This document shows, one piece after another, positions 7,782-18,154 of a DNA stretch of 39,501 bases; the first letter of the stretch is position 1; each line of letters opens with the position of its first letter. Source of the stretch: a virus (Duplodnaviria > Heunggongvirae > Uroviricota > Caudoviricetes); the IMG/VR virus record IMGVR_UViG_2671180547_000005; one strand, 5' to 3'. The notes beneath the pieces were generated by a model. That model worked only from the letters and a program-made list of their open reading frames with translations. It was not told the origin of the DNA and did no database searches. A program made the translations under genes and the position numbers.

Positions 7782-8854
7782 GTGATTTCTCCTACCGTCA
7801 GCAGCTCACTGTCTCCCGCCTGAACTGACGTCAGCGGACTGCGCACTTCAAAATCCTCCAGATTTTTCACCCCTGCCACCGCCCGCCAGAAAGACGACGG
7901 CAGAACCAGACCGCCGGGCCGGGATTCGTTATACAACAGGTCGGTCAGCGCCTGTTTTACGGCCGCCTGATTCTCCGGTGTTTTCGGGATGATCCTGATG
8001 CTGAAGGGCACCGGCTTATTGGTCAGTTTAAACACGGTCACCGTCGGCCCCAGAGGCTGTCCGACAGGCTGGCCGGTCGCCGGATCATCATGACTGCGGA
8101 TATAATCCGCCACCCGCTGAACATCACCGTCACCGGGGAAAATATCCGGGTTATTATCCTGAACAAACGTTACCCCCACGCTGCCCGCCTGCGGCCATTC
8201 CGGGCGGCACCATGCCCGCGTCACGCCCGGCACTTCACGCGCCCAGCGTTCAAAATCATACTGCGTGCCGCCGGACGGTGGATTCTGCACCCGGAAAACC
8301 AGACGGGAAAGCAGCTCCGGCACGGTTTCCACATCCGCACCACCGGTGATCCCCGTTCCGGTCACCGTGGCCGTCTGGTTGATCCCCGCCTGCGGTGTGA
8401 TAAATGTCAGTTTTGTCCCTGCCGGGGCATTCCCCGCACGACCGGCACTTTCGGCTTCCACACTGACATTCAGCGTACCGGCCTTACCGGTCAGGGAGGT
8501 GGTGATACGGTAAACCACGCCATCACTTCGCTGGAGAAGCACACCTTCCTTGATCCCCGCATCCGTGGTCAGCATCAGCTGAACCGGCCCGTCCCCCCGA
8601 GAGGCAGGCTTACGCATGACGCCCCAGAATGCACAGTGTTTCAGCAGTTCGGCTTCATCGGCTTCGGTCGGGATGATCTGACGCGCAATCCAGGCCAGAT
8701 GCTCATGCTCCTGAGCAGATAACCCTGCCTGAGCGTAAGCAATGGCATTCAGGGTGGTTTCATTCACACCCGGCTGCGAGCCGGGCAGGCGCTGGCTGAT
8801 ATCCTGCTGTGTCTGCGTGATTAACTGTGCCAGCGGTAAAGGCTGATAAGGCAT
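7772..8854 (-). CDS. Baseplate J-like protein (Mu gp47)
   Basis: 360 aa; position and size. Confidence 0.7.
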   Translation of the reverse strand: MPYQPLPLAQLITQTQQDISQRLPGSQPGVNETTLNAIAYAQAGLSAQEHEHLAWIARQIIPTEADEAELLKHCAFWGVMRKPASRGDGPVQLMLTTDAGIKEGVLLQRSDGVVYRITTSLTGKAGTLNVSVEAESAGRAGNAPAGTKLTFITPQAGINQTATVTGTGITGGADVETVPELLSRLVFRVQNPPSGGTQYDFERWAREVPGVTRAWCRPEWPQAGSVGVTFVQDNNPDIFPGDGDVQRVADYIRSHDDPATGQPVGQPLGPTVTVFKLTNKPVPFSIRIIPKTPENQAAVKQALTDLLYNESRPGGLVLPSSFWRAVAGVKNLEDFEVRSPLTSVQAGDSELLTVGEITWL

Positions 8855-9291
8855 TACTCCCCCTTAAGATCAGCATAAAAAATCATGGGCCTCACTGAAC
8901 CATCAGGCAGGGTTATGCGCACCGAAAGCGCCAGCCGCGCGTGTCCCACACGTTCTGCATGACAGACCACGGATGACGCCACGCCATCCTGACTGAGCCA
9001 GCCCAGCGCCTCATCCGCGTAAGCACGGGCACGGCTTATCACCGAGGCCAGCGTTTTTTCCCGGCTGAGAAGCCACAGACGGGAGCCAATGGGGCGCGGG
9101 CGAAAACTGTCTCCCCACCATCCCCGGCGGTCGCGCGTACCGTCAGGGATTTCATCCGATGCCAGCGCCCGGCGGTCAGTAAACAGCGAAATCAGAACGG
9201 CCGTCAGCAGACTGTCATCCGTCAGCAAGTCGGCACCGTTCAGTTGCAGCGAACCGCACCCCTGATCCCATACAATTGCAATATCAGCCAT
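8854..9291 (-). CDS. Baseplate protein (Mu gp46-like)
   Basis: Start set at the ATG giving MADIAIVWDQ, overlapping the upstream stop by 8 nt. Confidence 0.6.
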   Translation of the reverse strand: MADIAIVWDQGCGSLQLNGADLLTDDSLLTAVLISLFTDRRALASDEIPDGTRDRRGWWGDSFRPRPIGSRLWLLSREKTLASVISRARAYADEALGWLSQDGVASSVVCHAERVGHARLALSVRITLPDGSVRPMIFYADLKGE

Positions 9292-9898
9292 TCTCCGGCG
9301 CTCCTGTCTTACTGCCTTTGCCGTTATCCTGATGCACATGGCCGGAATAGGTGATCCCGGCAATAACGGCATCAGACATCGTGAACAGCCCGTCTGATTT
9401 ACCTGTACCATCAAGCACGAAATTACCCTTAACATGCAGGTTTTTATCCACCGTCACATTGCCCGTAAAGGTGGCCTCCGGCGTATCCACCCGCATCCCC
9501 TCATCGGCGTAAATCTCCAGCATTTTGCATGTCACAATAATGCGACCATCCTTTGTTAACCGTATCCGGTGCCCCTCATGGTGATACACCCCCGTATCTC
9601 CGGCTGTGAGTCCGGTCGGGCGGCTGCGCCGGTCTTCCACCACAAGCACCACAGTCTGATCCCGCTGTCCGCCCAGACAGGCAAAAAAGGTTTCCGCACC
9701 CGGCAGGGGAACGCTGATCTGCCCGTACTGCTGGGGACGCTCCACATCATCAAAGGTTTCGCCGTCCATGCCGGTGAGCTGCACATTCTGCATTTTCAGT
9801 TCGTCATGTGTGCCGGTCAGAACGCCCCGGCCAAACAACAGGCGAATACCGCGCGTTACCGGGGCAATCAGGCGGCTGAACACTTCATCATTCATCAA
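9284..9898 (-). CDS. Baseplate spike/assembly protein (gpV-like, Mu gp45)
   Basis: 204 aa; position and size. Confidence 0.65.
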   Translation of the reverse strand: MMNDEVFSRLIAPVTRGIRLLFGRGVLTGTHDELKMQNVQLTGMDGETFDDVERPQQYGQISVPLPGAETFFACLGGQRDQTVVLVVEDRRSRPTGLTAGDTGVYHHEGHRIRLTKDGRIIVTCKMLEIYADEGMRVDTPEATFTGNVTVDKNLHVKGNFVLDGTGKSDGLFTMSDAVIAGITYSGHVHQDNGKGSKTGAPENG

Positions 9899-11012
9899 AG
9901 CTGATCCCCTGTTTTTTCATCTGCTGGCGAATAAAGGCATCAACATCGTCACCGGAACCACCCCGGCCCTTACTGTCCGGCTCTGCCGGAACGATAAAGC
10001 CGTCACGCGGTGCCAGTACCAGCCGGGTGACTTCCCCGTTATGTTCATCAAGTAAAAACTCCACCTGACAGACCAGCAGTTCAGTCTGTTCTATACCGAA
10101 ACGCAGGGCTGAAACACCGGTCAGCAGATTGACATCCCATAACCGGCCATCATCCCGGAACCAGCCACGCACGGTGGCAGAAAACCGTTCTGAACGGGCA
10201 ATCGCACGGCGCATTTCACGCAGGGCACGCTGCCGTGCACCGGTGGTGTCTGTCTGTTGATCGGCGAGGATGATTTTCGACCGGTAGCGGCCGATCTGCT
10301 CATCACTGATGACGCCCACAGGTGCTGCCAGACGGGCGGCGGATTCGCTGTCTCCCCGTTTGCCACCACCGCGCCCGTGTCCCCGGACACGGTATTCGCT
10401 GTATCGTCCTCGCCAGTCCGTGTTGTAATCGGCATCAAGCAGGTTATCTCCCAGCACCAGTCTGTCCGTCTGCTGGCTTCCTGCCTGGGTGAACACCAGA
10501 TCGCCGTCAGCATTACTGGTCACCAGCACCCCGCGATGCCGGGCAGCACGGGTCAGCGCATCCGCCACGGTTTCTGAGTTTTCCAGCGTAAAAGAGCTGA
10601 AGGGGCGTGCAGCCGTGTCGTCGTTAACCTGCCAGCGCACGGCTATCCCGAAGGGCGCACATAAATCTGCGGCAATCTGTGCCAGCGTCCGGTTGCGCCA
10701 CTGGCTGCCGGGATGGATGGCGGCACAGTCCACCAGGTCGCCGGTTTTATCCCGACCGCTGATGCTGATCTGATGACGGGTTGCACTGATCCGCTGACTG
10801 ACCTGATCCAGCCAGCCACTGATGACCGTCTGCCCGTTAATTCTGAGCGTCAGGGACTGACCGGTTCGCAGGGCTGAGGGGATGCGCTCACCGGGCAGCA
10901 TCAGCCCCAGTTCAAACGACCCGGCCAGATGCTCCAGCGAGCGACGGACGCTGACCGTCAGCCAGCCGGAAAAAATACTGCCACCGATATACAGTTCAAT
11001 CCTGCTGCTCAC
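9888..11012 (-). CDS. Tail/baseplate hub protein (P2 gpD-like, Mu gp44)
   Basis: 374 aa; position between the circularisation protein and the spike. Confidence 0.65.
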   Translation of the reverse strand: MSSRIELYIGGSIFSGWLTVSVRRSLEHLAGSFELGLMLPGERIPSALRTGQSLTLRINGQTVISGWLDQVSQRISATRHQISISGRDKTGDLVDCAAIHPGSQWRNRTLAQIAADLCAPFGIAVRWQVNDDTAARPFSSFTLENSETVADALTRAARHRGVLVTSNADGDLVFTQAGSQQTDRLVLGDNLLDADYNTDWRGRYSEYRVRGHGRGGGKRGDSESAARLAAPVGVISDEQIGRYRSKIILADQQTDTTGARQRALREMRRAIARSERFSATVRGWFRDDGRLWDVNLLTGVSALRFGIEQTELLVCQVEFLLDEHNGEVTRLVLAPRDGFIVPAEPDSKGRGGSGDDVDAFIRQQMKKQGISFDE

Positions 11013-12354
11013 TGATCACCTCCACGCTGCGGCCACCCGGAACAAAAACCGGATCGGGGATATTGTTTCTGCGGACAAAATACTGCCAGCGACTGCTGTT
11101 GCCGGTGGCACGGTACAGCGTGACCAGTGCCGGTTCGGTGGTGCGAACCATGACCTGAAAAGCACCGGGAAGATGCACGCTCCGTGTGGTTAAATCTTCT
11201 GTCAGCGCAAGCCCTGCATCACGTAATGCAAGGGCAGTCCCGGTATAGCCCTGTGCGGACAGATCCAGCACCTGTTGTTCCATGGCATCGCTCAAATCCC
11301 GGTTGATACGCTGCACATCAGCAGAACTTTCCAGCCAGGCCAGTCCGCCCGAACGGTCAGTATCCTGAACGTGCGTCGTATTCTGCCGGATGACCTGATC
11401 CAGCAGTTTTCCGAGCGTCTGTGCCTGCGACACCAGGGTTGCACTCTGCATCACGCTCCGCAGCAGACGGATATTTTTCTGTGCCGCAGGCGTCAGGCCA
11501 ATCAGGCGCTGTGGATCATCCTGTTCGCTGAGGGTGTAACGCAGGGAGGAAAGTGTGCGGTACAGCTGCGGCATGGCCTGCTCTGCCATGCTGTCACGGT
11601 TTGTGGTCAGGCTGCCGGACGGCGTTCCGGCTTTTCCGGTCAGAGACAGGGAAGGATCGCCGGGCAGCCCGGTCAGCACGGCAAACATTCCGGCCAGCGA
11701 TTCAGCCATGCGACGGGGCGCATTAATCAGGGCGGCGGCATTGCCTTTCAGGGCAGTAAAACTGGCCGTAAAGGCACTGATATCCTGCACAATCCCCATC
11801 CCCGAAACGGCATTCTCCAGTGCATCAATCTTATCGCTGATGGTGTCGGTCATGGCCTGTACATCATGCAGACCGTCTGAAATCACCGTCCAGCCGTCTG
11901 AAAGCGTGTTAAACAGCTGATTCATTGCTGAGCCGCTTTTCTGCTCCAGCGCAGCTGCCGTATCTTCTGCCACCGCAGGGGCGGTATCGTCACTGGCGGG
12001 GATCACGTTGATCGTGAACTCAACCGTTCCCTGCTCGCTGGCGTTATAACGGCTTTCAAAGCTGTTTATCAGCACGTTTAACGTGCCGTAATCCGGGTGC
12101 ATCAGTTCACCGGCACCGGGTGCACGCAGCGCATCACGCAGGCGGCTTCGCTGTGTCTGAAGATCGTCTCCGGTCACCAGAACCGTGAATGTGAACTCCG
12201 GGAGTTTTGGCCCCAGATCATCCGCACCGCCGCTTTCACGCAGTGGGTATTCACGGCGCACAATGTTACGTCCGCCCCGTTCCCGCTGCTCCTGATAAAC
12301 CAGGAACGGTACGCCACGAAAGGAGCCACGCCCCGGCGTGTCAGTAGAGGCCAT
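10996..12354 (-). CDS. DNA circularisation protein N-like (Mu gp43)
   Basis: 452 aa immediately after the tape measure gene. Confidence 0.65.
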   Translation of the reverse strand: MASTDTPGRGSFRGVPFLVYQEQRERGGRNIVRREYPLRESGGADDLGPKLPEFTFTVLVTGDDLQTQRSRLRDALRAPGAGELMHPDYGTLNVLINSFESRYNASEQGTVEFTINVIPASDDTAPAVAEDTAAALEQKSGSAMNQLFNTLSDGWTVISDGLHDVQAMTDTISDKIDALENAVSGMGIVQDISAFTASFTALKGNAAALINAPRRMAESLAGMFAVLTGLPGDPSLSLTGKAGTPSGSLTTNRDSMAEQAMPQLYRTLSSLRYTLSEQDDPQRLIGLTPAAQKNIRLLRSVMQSATLVSQAQTLGKLLDQVIRQNTTHVQDTDRSGGLAWLESSADVQRINRDLSDAMEQQVLDLSAQGYTGTALALRDAGLALTEDLTTRSVHLPGAFQVMVRTTEPALVTLYRATGNSSRWQYFVRRNNIPDPVFVPGGRSVEVISEQQD

Positions 12355-14398
12355 AGTTCCCTCCGTTCCAGACGTTCACATCCAGGCCATGCTGTGCGGT
12401 ATCATCCACATCAATACTGCGCGCCCGCCAGCCTTCAGGGGCAACAAGCTCCACCCGTGCGGCGGTTTTCGCGGTGGCCTGTCCGCCGTTTTCGTCACTG
12501 CCGCCACGCAGTTTCTGCCAGGCCTGCGTCAGCCAGCCCCCCAGATAATCACCGAGATAGCTGCCCACCGTGGAACCAATGGCAACCCCGACCGGACCGG
12601 CAGCCGCCCCCAGCGCGCCACCGGCGATACTTCCGGCAAGGGAACCCACGGCACCGGCTTTATCGGCTGCACTGGCGCTGCTGTCCAGCAGTACAGGAGC
12701 CGCCATGGCACCGGCCCACAGGGCACCACCACCCAGCCGACCGGCACCACGGAACAGCCCGGCAAAACGCCCCAGCCCCATGCGGTTTCCGGCCGCCGTT
12801 AGCAGACCACCGGCACGGCTCATCATACGACCGAAGAAGCCCTGTTTACCGGCACTCTCCGCCAGTTGCTCACCGGCAGTCACGACGGTCGTGACACCCC
12901 GTCCACGTCCGGGGCCGCGTTTTTTACGGCCGCGCACGGTTTTGCCGTCACCGCTGACCACCACATCCCCGCCACCTGAGGCCAGGCCACCCGCAGGCCA
13001 ATTGGTGACCAGCACGGGCTGAACGGCAGCCGGATTTACCCCGGTAAGGAAATTCAGGAACCGGCCAGCGCGTCCGGGCTGCGTTCCCGGTACAGTGGTC
13101 TGCGGTTTGCGGAAGGGCGACGTCAGCACGGAGGTCATCGCCATGCCATAGCGTAAGGGGGTTGCGCCGAGACGTAATGCCCCCGTCCCCGCAAACCTGA
13201 GCACCTTCAGCGCACGGGAGGCGAGATACATATACATCAGGTACTTTGCGGCGGTCTGCGCACCCTGACCAATGCGATCCAGCGCATCGCCATAACCGGC
13301 GTCGCGCAGTGCCTGAAGCGTTTCCCTGACTTTCTGAATGACCCGGTAAAAGCCGGTCGCAGCGTCTCTGGCATACTCAAATCCCTGATTCAGGGCTGAG
13401 GCCGTCTGTGTGGCCAGCTTATCCTGTAAGCCGCTTTTCTGTGCCGCATCAGCATAATCCAGAAAGCCTTTCAGGCTCTTTTTCAGGCTGTCAAACGGTC
13501 CCTTTGCCATCACCTCGCGGGCAAATCCGTCCCAGACATCGCCCATCATGGACGTCATTCCCGTCCAGGAATTCATGGCGTTTTTCTGGGCACCTTTTGC
13601 CTGTTCGGCCATCACCTGAAATAACAGGCGAATGCTGTCCGGTCCCAGTTTTCCTTTCTCGCCTTTCTCACGGATGATCTTCTGGTTTACACCCAGCTTA
13701 TCGGCCAGCAACTGGTAAACGTTAATCCCGTATCCGGTCAGAATATTGGCGTCCGCTGCCTGGATACTCTGGCGGGCAAACATCTGTTTGAGTTGCAGGG
13801 ACGCACCCTGTGCATCTGACAGTGACCAGCCGTGATAGCCGCCCTGATCCTGAAGCATGGTAATAAAGCGACGGGCTTCCCTGTCACTCATACCGAACCC
13901 GCGACTGGAGGCGTATTCCTGCATAACCCCCGCCAGCCCCCAGGTGGTGTCTTTGGCGTTCTGTACCGCCCAGGCTTTCACTGCTTCCGTTTTTGCCGTA
14001 TCGCCATGATTAATGGCGTTGAGACGCAGAATATAGTTCTCCATCTCTGCGGCCGGGCGGATAAAGGCTTTATTAAACCCGTAGACCGCAGCCCCTCCCG
14101 CCAGCATCCCGTAAAGGTTGCTTATCCGCCCGATGGTGCCGGTAATGCTGCCCTGAAGGCGGTCAAAATCTGACGTCACCGTGCGGATACTGCCACGAAC
14201 ACCGGCAAGCGTTCGCTGCATACGGGAGCCGACAAGTTCTGTCTCCTGACCGGCACGACGTGCTGCATTTCCAAGACCACCCAGCCCCGTCCTGCCGGAA
14301 CGGGAGAATGCCCCCAGCTCCTGTGACCACTGGCGGGATTTGGCAGAAATATTGCCGAGTAAATCGACAATCAGGGAGGCTTTCAGGTTTTTTGCCAT
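12341..14398 (-). CDS. Tail tape measure protein
   Basis: 685 aa; Gly/Ala-rich with repetitive C-terminal region; position after the chaperone. Confidence 0.8.
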   Translation of the reverse strand: MAKNLKASLIVDLLGNISAKSRQWSQELGAFSRSGRTGLGGLGNAARRAGQETELVGSRMQRTLAGVRGSIRTVTSDFDRLQGSITGTIGRISNLYGMLAGGAAVYGFNKAFIRPAAEMENYILRLNAINHGDTAKTEAVKAWAVQNAKDTTWGLAGVMQEYASSRGFGMSDREARRFITMLQDQGGYHGWSLSDAQGASLQLKQMFARQSIQAADANILTGYGINVYQLLADKLGVNQKIIREKGEKGKLGPDSIRLLFQVMAEQAKGAQKNAMNSWTGMTSMMGDVWDGFAREVMAKGPFDSLKKSLKGFLDYADAAQKSGLQDKLATQTASALNQGFEYARDAATGFYRVIQKVRETLQALRDAGYGDALDRIGQGAQTAAKYLMYMYLASRALKVLRFAGTGALRLGATPLRYGMAMTSVLTSPFRKPQTTVPGTQPGRAGRFLNFLTGVNPAAVQPVLVTNWPAGGLASGGGDVVVSGDGKTVRGRKKRGPGRGRGVTTVVTAGEQLAESAGKQGFFGRMMSRAGGLLTAAGNRMGLGRFAGLFRGAGRLGGGALWAGAMAAPVLLDSSASAADKAGAVGSLAGSIAGGALGAAAGPVGVAIGSTVGSYLGDYLGGWLTQAWQKLRGGSDENGGQATAKTAARVELVAPEGWRARSIDVDDTAQHGLDVNVWNGGNYGLY

Positions 14399-14401
14399 GG
14401 G

Positions 14402-14596
14402 TTACTGCTTCGTTCTGAGAATTTTTTCGGTCTGTCGGCAGTGCCGGTAAAGCTGCGATAAGGGGAGGTTAAGCGCCCACTCCGGGCCGCTTTTTGTCAC
14501 CATCCCCAGCACAATTGCGGCTTCTTCAATCTGATCCCGGCACTGCATCTGGTCGCCCCCGTTCAGCGACCAGCTTTCCGGCCATCGCGGAATCAA
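14402..14596 (-). CDS. Frameshift extension of the tail assembly chaperone
   Basis: Overlaps the 3' end of the chaperone ORF by 71 nt in the +1 frame and stops 4 nt before the tape measure start; a G5 run lies in the overlap. Confidence 0.45.
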   Translation of the reverse strand: MIPRWPESWSLNGGDQMQCRDQIEEAAIVLGMVTKSGPEWALNLPLSQLYRHCRQTEKILRTKQ

Positions 14597-15002
14597 GCAG
14601 GCTTACTGCCGCCATCAGTCGGGAGAGATCGCGCTCGCTGAGCTGTCCTATCTGACGCGGAGACAATGGCCCCTCAATCTGGCCGACAGCGGCAATCTGA
14701 CGGCGCAGCAGCGCAATGCCGCGCAGTGCCGGTGAGGCCACAAGAACCGGACCGTTTCGGGTTTCCATAAGACGCTCGGCCTCGCTCTCCGCATCAATGC
14801 TGTCTTTTGCCGTCAGTTCGCGGAAGGTGACGCGGTATTCACGGGATTCCCCGAACGGCAGACCGTCGAGCAGATCCACATAGCCGTTCGCCAGTTGTTC
14901 AGCCAGCCCGGCGGTGCGGGGATCGCCGTCTTCAAGTGCATCCCGGATAGCCTCCATCACGGCCTCGTCAGAAACCGCCGTTTTTTTCTTACGTGTGCTC
15001 AT
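14526..15002 (-). CDS. Tail assembly chaperone (Mu gp41-like)
   Basis: 158 aa acidic protein between the tube and tape measure genes. Confidence 0.65.
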   Translation of the reverse strand: MSTRKKKTAVSDEAVMEAIRDALEDGDPRTAGLAEQLANGYVDLLDGLPFGESREYRVTFRELTAKDSIDAESEAERLMETRNGPVLVASPALRGIALLRRQIAAVGQIEGPLSPRQIGQLSERDLSRLMAAVSLLDSAMAGKLVAERGRPDAVPGSD

Positions 15003-15016
15003 TACATTTTTCCTGA

Positions 15017-15382
15017 TTACTGGACACGGGTACTGGTGGCGCTGGCGAACTTCGCGGAGATATCACCACCACCGTCAAGCGAGGCCGGTTCACTGCTCCA
15101 GGCCTTCGTCATCATGTGGACTTCACCGGTATCGGCCACGAACTCAATCGTGACCGCAGTCCAGGTGTTGATTTCATCGGCAGCCGGTGAACCTTCTCCG
15201 CCCGCCGGGAATTTACAGTCCAGCGTCGCCTCACGGGGTTTCTCGCGATAGCCGTAAACTTTCGCGCCTTTCACCACTTCACGCTCAAAGCCGGACGGGG
15301 AGAACGTGGCCCCCTCAAGGGTGTCGTACTCCTGCCCGTTCACACGGATGGTGGCCGTGCCCTGATACTGTTTTCCGCTCAT
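15017..15382 (-). CDS. Tail tube protein (Mu M-like)
   Basis: 121 aa directly downstream of the sheath gene. Confidence 0.75.
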   Translation of the reverse strand: MSGKQYQGTATIRVNGQEYDTLEGATFSPSGFEREVVKGAKVYGYREKPREATLDCKFPAGGEGSPAADEINTWTAVTIEFVADTGEVHMMTKAWSSEPASLDGGGDISAKFASATSTRVQ

Positions 15383-15390
15383 GCCTTACC

Positions 15391-16893
15391 TCACAAAATG
15401 AAACGGATCTGCGCGGCCATGAAGCGGAACTGGTTAACCAGATCCGGTGTACACATCACATCCAGACGGTTACGGTCTTTTGTGTTGCGCTCCACGAGCA
15501 GATTCTTTTTAAAGGTGTCCAGATTTTCGACCAGTCCCAGATCCACCCATTCTTCCCCCAGCGAAATTAACTGAAGTTTCATGATCTCCGGTGTCACGAT
15601 ATTCTGACCGGCACGAACGGGCGTCCCGTCATCAGCCAGTTTATGGCGCGGAAAACGCTGCGTGATAAAGGTGCGCAGGGAATAACGCAGATATGACAGG
15701 GTGTAGATGGTTTCCACATCCAGATAGCTGGGATCGATTTCGCCGTATGCATTCTGACGGTACATCGTCACCTGACGTTCAATCTGCACCACATCCGCGG
15801 CCGCGACGGTCACCGTGGACATGCCGGTATAAAGCAGGCTGTTTCGCTCTTCCCGCGTCAGACGATCCGGTGCTTCAGGTGCCATACGGGCAGGCAGCGC
15901 CAGTGTCTGTAATGGTCGGGCCGGATCCGTTGACAGGGAGGGCGCACAGACCGCACAAATGGAGGCAGCCCAGACATAATCCGGCTCTGGTGCTTTAGGA
16001 ATAGAAGTGCAGGTAAACAGGAAGTCATTACGGGATTCACCAAAACTGGTTGCCGTACCGAAGGTGCCGGTATGCGCCATCCAGACCATACCGTCCGACA
16101 TTTTTACCGGTCCCCAGCGTTTCAGCAGTTCATCCGCCAGAATTTTGAGATTTGCCGCATCCTTATAGGGCATGACGATGTAGTTGTACTGACGATTCCC
16201 CATCCCTGAGACGCTACGGGTGATATCGGGGTTTGTTGCCTTCTGTGTTGGCGCGACGAGCTCCAGCGTAAGACCGGCCGGTGTAGTTTCACCGTCATAA
16301 TAGTTCACCCGTAAATCATGAGCTGAGCATTCACCGATAAAGCGGGCGTTAACCCCCATGCTGCCTTTAAGTCCTTCAGCATTATCACCACTGACTTCAG
16401 CTGCGATAGCAGTGAATGGCGCATCAGTGTCAGCGTTAATGACCTTAGCCAGCTCTTCCACAAGCTCTTTACCTTTTTTCCCCTTACTGACGGGCAGGAG
16501 GTAACGGCGACCGCCGATGTAAACACTTAACACCCCGTCTGCCAATGCTGTTCCAATGATATTCATCACGCATGCCCTGGACTGACCTGTTCCAGCCCCC
16601 TGTGCAATGGCATATAACTCTGTGTCAGGGTTAATGGCGATAAATTCCTCTACCATCAGTGCAATCATGGAACCTCGCCCCCAGAGTTCTCTTGCTTGTG
16701 AAGCTCGGGTAATACGTACTGGTACATCAAGCTGACCGCGCCCCTGAATGGTAGTGTCTTTCATTGCAGCCTGACCAAACAACAGTACCGCCTGACGCTG
16801 TGGTGGAGTGCCGGTCACGGCCATTGAATTATTGATTTCAATCTGTACCAGCGGAATGCGATTGTTATCGCCGATATAATCAAAGTTAATCAT
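15391..16893 (-). CDS. Contractile tail sheath protein (Mu L-like)
   Basis: 500 aa; position and size. Confidence 0.85.
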   Translation of the reverse strand: MINFDYIGDNNRIPLVQIEINNSMAVTGTPPQRQAVLLFGQAAMKDTTIQGRGQLDVPVRITRASQARELWGRGSMIALMVEEFIAINPDTELYAIAQGAGTGQSRACVMNIIGTALADGVLSVYIGGRRYLLPVSKGKKGKELVEELAKVINADTDAPFTAIAAEVSGDNAEGLKGSMGVNARFIGECSAHDLRVNYYDGETTPAGLTLELVAPTQKATNPDITRSVSGMGNRQYNYIVMPYKDAANLKILADELLKRWGPVKMSDGMVWMAHTGTFGTATSFGESRNDFLFTCTSIPKAPEPDYVWAASICAVCAPSLSTDPARPLQTLALPARMAPEAPDRLTREERNSLLYTGMSTVTVAAADVVQIERQVTMYRQNAYGEIDPSYLDVETIYTLSYLRYSLRTFITQRFPRHKLADDGTPVRAGQNIVTPEIMKLQLISLGEEWVDLGLVENLDTFKKNLLVERNTKDRNRLDVMCTPDLVNQFRFMAAQIRFIL

Positions 16894-17171
16894 CAGGACG
16901 TCCCCTTATCTGATGCTGCGGTTTTTTCAGCCACCGCCGCAGTTTTTTCTGCTACCGCTCCCGCTGGTTTTGCCGCCGCGCCGGTATTAGCAGTTGTGGC
17001 AGCCGGGGCAGGCTCCGCCGTTTTATCCACCACAATGACGTCGCCATCATTAAGACGGCGGCACCAGAACGGAGTGAAGGGTTTCTCTTCCCCGTCCTGA
17101 GAGAGCGGAGTCATCGTGTCGGGATCGCGGATCAGGCATCCCGGCGCAGGTTTAATAAAAATGGTTGTCAT
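16893..17171 (-). CDS. Mu gp38-like small protein
   Basis: 92 aa with an Ala/Thr-rich C-terminus; position. Confidence 0.5.
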   Translation of the reverse strand: MTTIFIKPAPGCLIRDPDTMTPLSQDGEEKPFTPFWCRRLNDGDVIVVDKTAEPAPAATTANTGAAAKPAGAVAEKTAAVAEKTAASDKGTS

Positions 17172-17174
17172 CTG

Positions 17175-17738
17175 TTATTCCTCTGACAGTCCGGCGTTTT
17201 CACCGGCGGCAGTTGCACCAGGCAGACGGATGTGTGCCTTAAATTCCGGCGTGCCTTCCGGTTCGGTAAAGGTTTCGTAATGGCGCAGGAAATCATCCAG
17301 CGAGCTGATATCCGTCAGCGGGTCGATCATTTCCTCGCATGAGAAATACAGGGCGTACATCACGGCACCGCTGCCTGCCTGCGTTTCGGTGTAACCGTTG
17401 ACCGCCTTTTCAAAGTAAAGCGGTGAGGTTTTTTCTGCTCTGAAGCCGTCCAGCACGGTAATCAGGCGGGCCACAATCTGATAAAGCCCGGGACGGCTGA
17501 CCTCACGGCCATTGAGCATGTCGCCGATGACGTAGAACACCCAGTGACTGACCAGACGCCCACGGGTACGCCCTTCACCGGCACCCAGCCAGGCAACATA
17601 GATAGCCGGGGCGTTAATCAGCATGGTGCGCAGTACGCTGTCGCTCCAGTCGCCGGGATGTGTGTCAACAGACACCAGTTCATTCCCGAAATACTCACGG
17701 ATACGGGCGATGTACGCCTGCTCGGTTTCCGTAATCAT
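17175..17738 (-). CDS. Mu gp37-like virion protein (possible tail terminator)
   Basis: 187 aa; position. Confidence 0.55.
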   Translation of the reverse strand: MITETEQAYIARIREYFGNELVSVDTHPGDWSDSVLRTMLINAPAIYVAWLGAGEGRTRGRLVSHWVFYVIGDMLNGREVSRPGLYQIVARLITVLDGFRAEKTSPLYFEKAVNGYTETQAGSGAVMYALYFSCEEMIDPLTDISSLDDFLRHYETFTEPEGTPEFKAHIRLPGATAAGENAGLSEE

Positions 17739-18154
17739 ATAAAGCCCTTCTGGTTGCGCCCGAACACCGCCGCATCAGACTGCACCTGCGGTAAATCCCC
17801 GGATTCAGGGGCCGCACCGTCTGTATCCACGCCGACCGGCACGTTACCGTTCATGACATCTTTCAGCCAGGCCAGCGCCTCACGGTAACGGTCACGCGCC
17901 TGATCGGATGCCCGCTGATCGCACAGGTAATAAAAGGCAATCGTGCAGCAATGCTGAACAAGGACCGCCGGAACCACCGCCAGCGGCAGCGTGTAACGGG
18001 AAGACAGATAGCTGTCGATAAGGGCAGACGCGTCCGTCAGTGCCCGGTTCAGCTTGCGCGTGTCCGGTTCATCCGAACGGGGCACGGCCAGTAATGGCCT
18101 GAGCAAATCCTCGCGGTAACGTGCCCGCATATCGGTTTCGGTGGCGTAATTCAT
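17735..18154 (-). CDS. Mu gp36-like head-tail connector protein
   Basis: 139 aa; position. Confidence 0.55.
   Translation of the reverse strand: MNYATETDMRARYREDLLRPLLAVPRSDEPDTRKLNRALTDASALIDSYLSSRYTLPLAVVPAVLVQHCCTIAFYYLCDQRASDQARDRYREALAWLKDVMNGNVPVGVDTDGAAPESGDLPQVQSDAAVFGRNQKGFI

Noticed and set aside
12097-13022. Plus-strand ORFs (12097..12894, 12338..12802, 12570..13022) inside the tape measure gene
   Set aside because: Antisense to a well-supported minus-strand gene; Pro/Arg-rich composition typical of spurious frames in GC-rich DNA.
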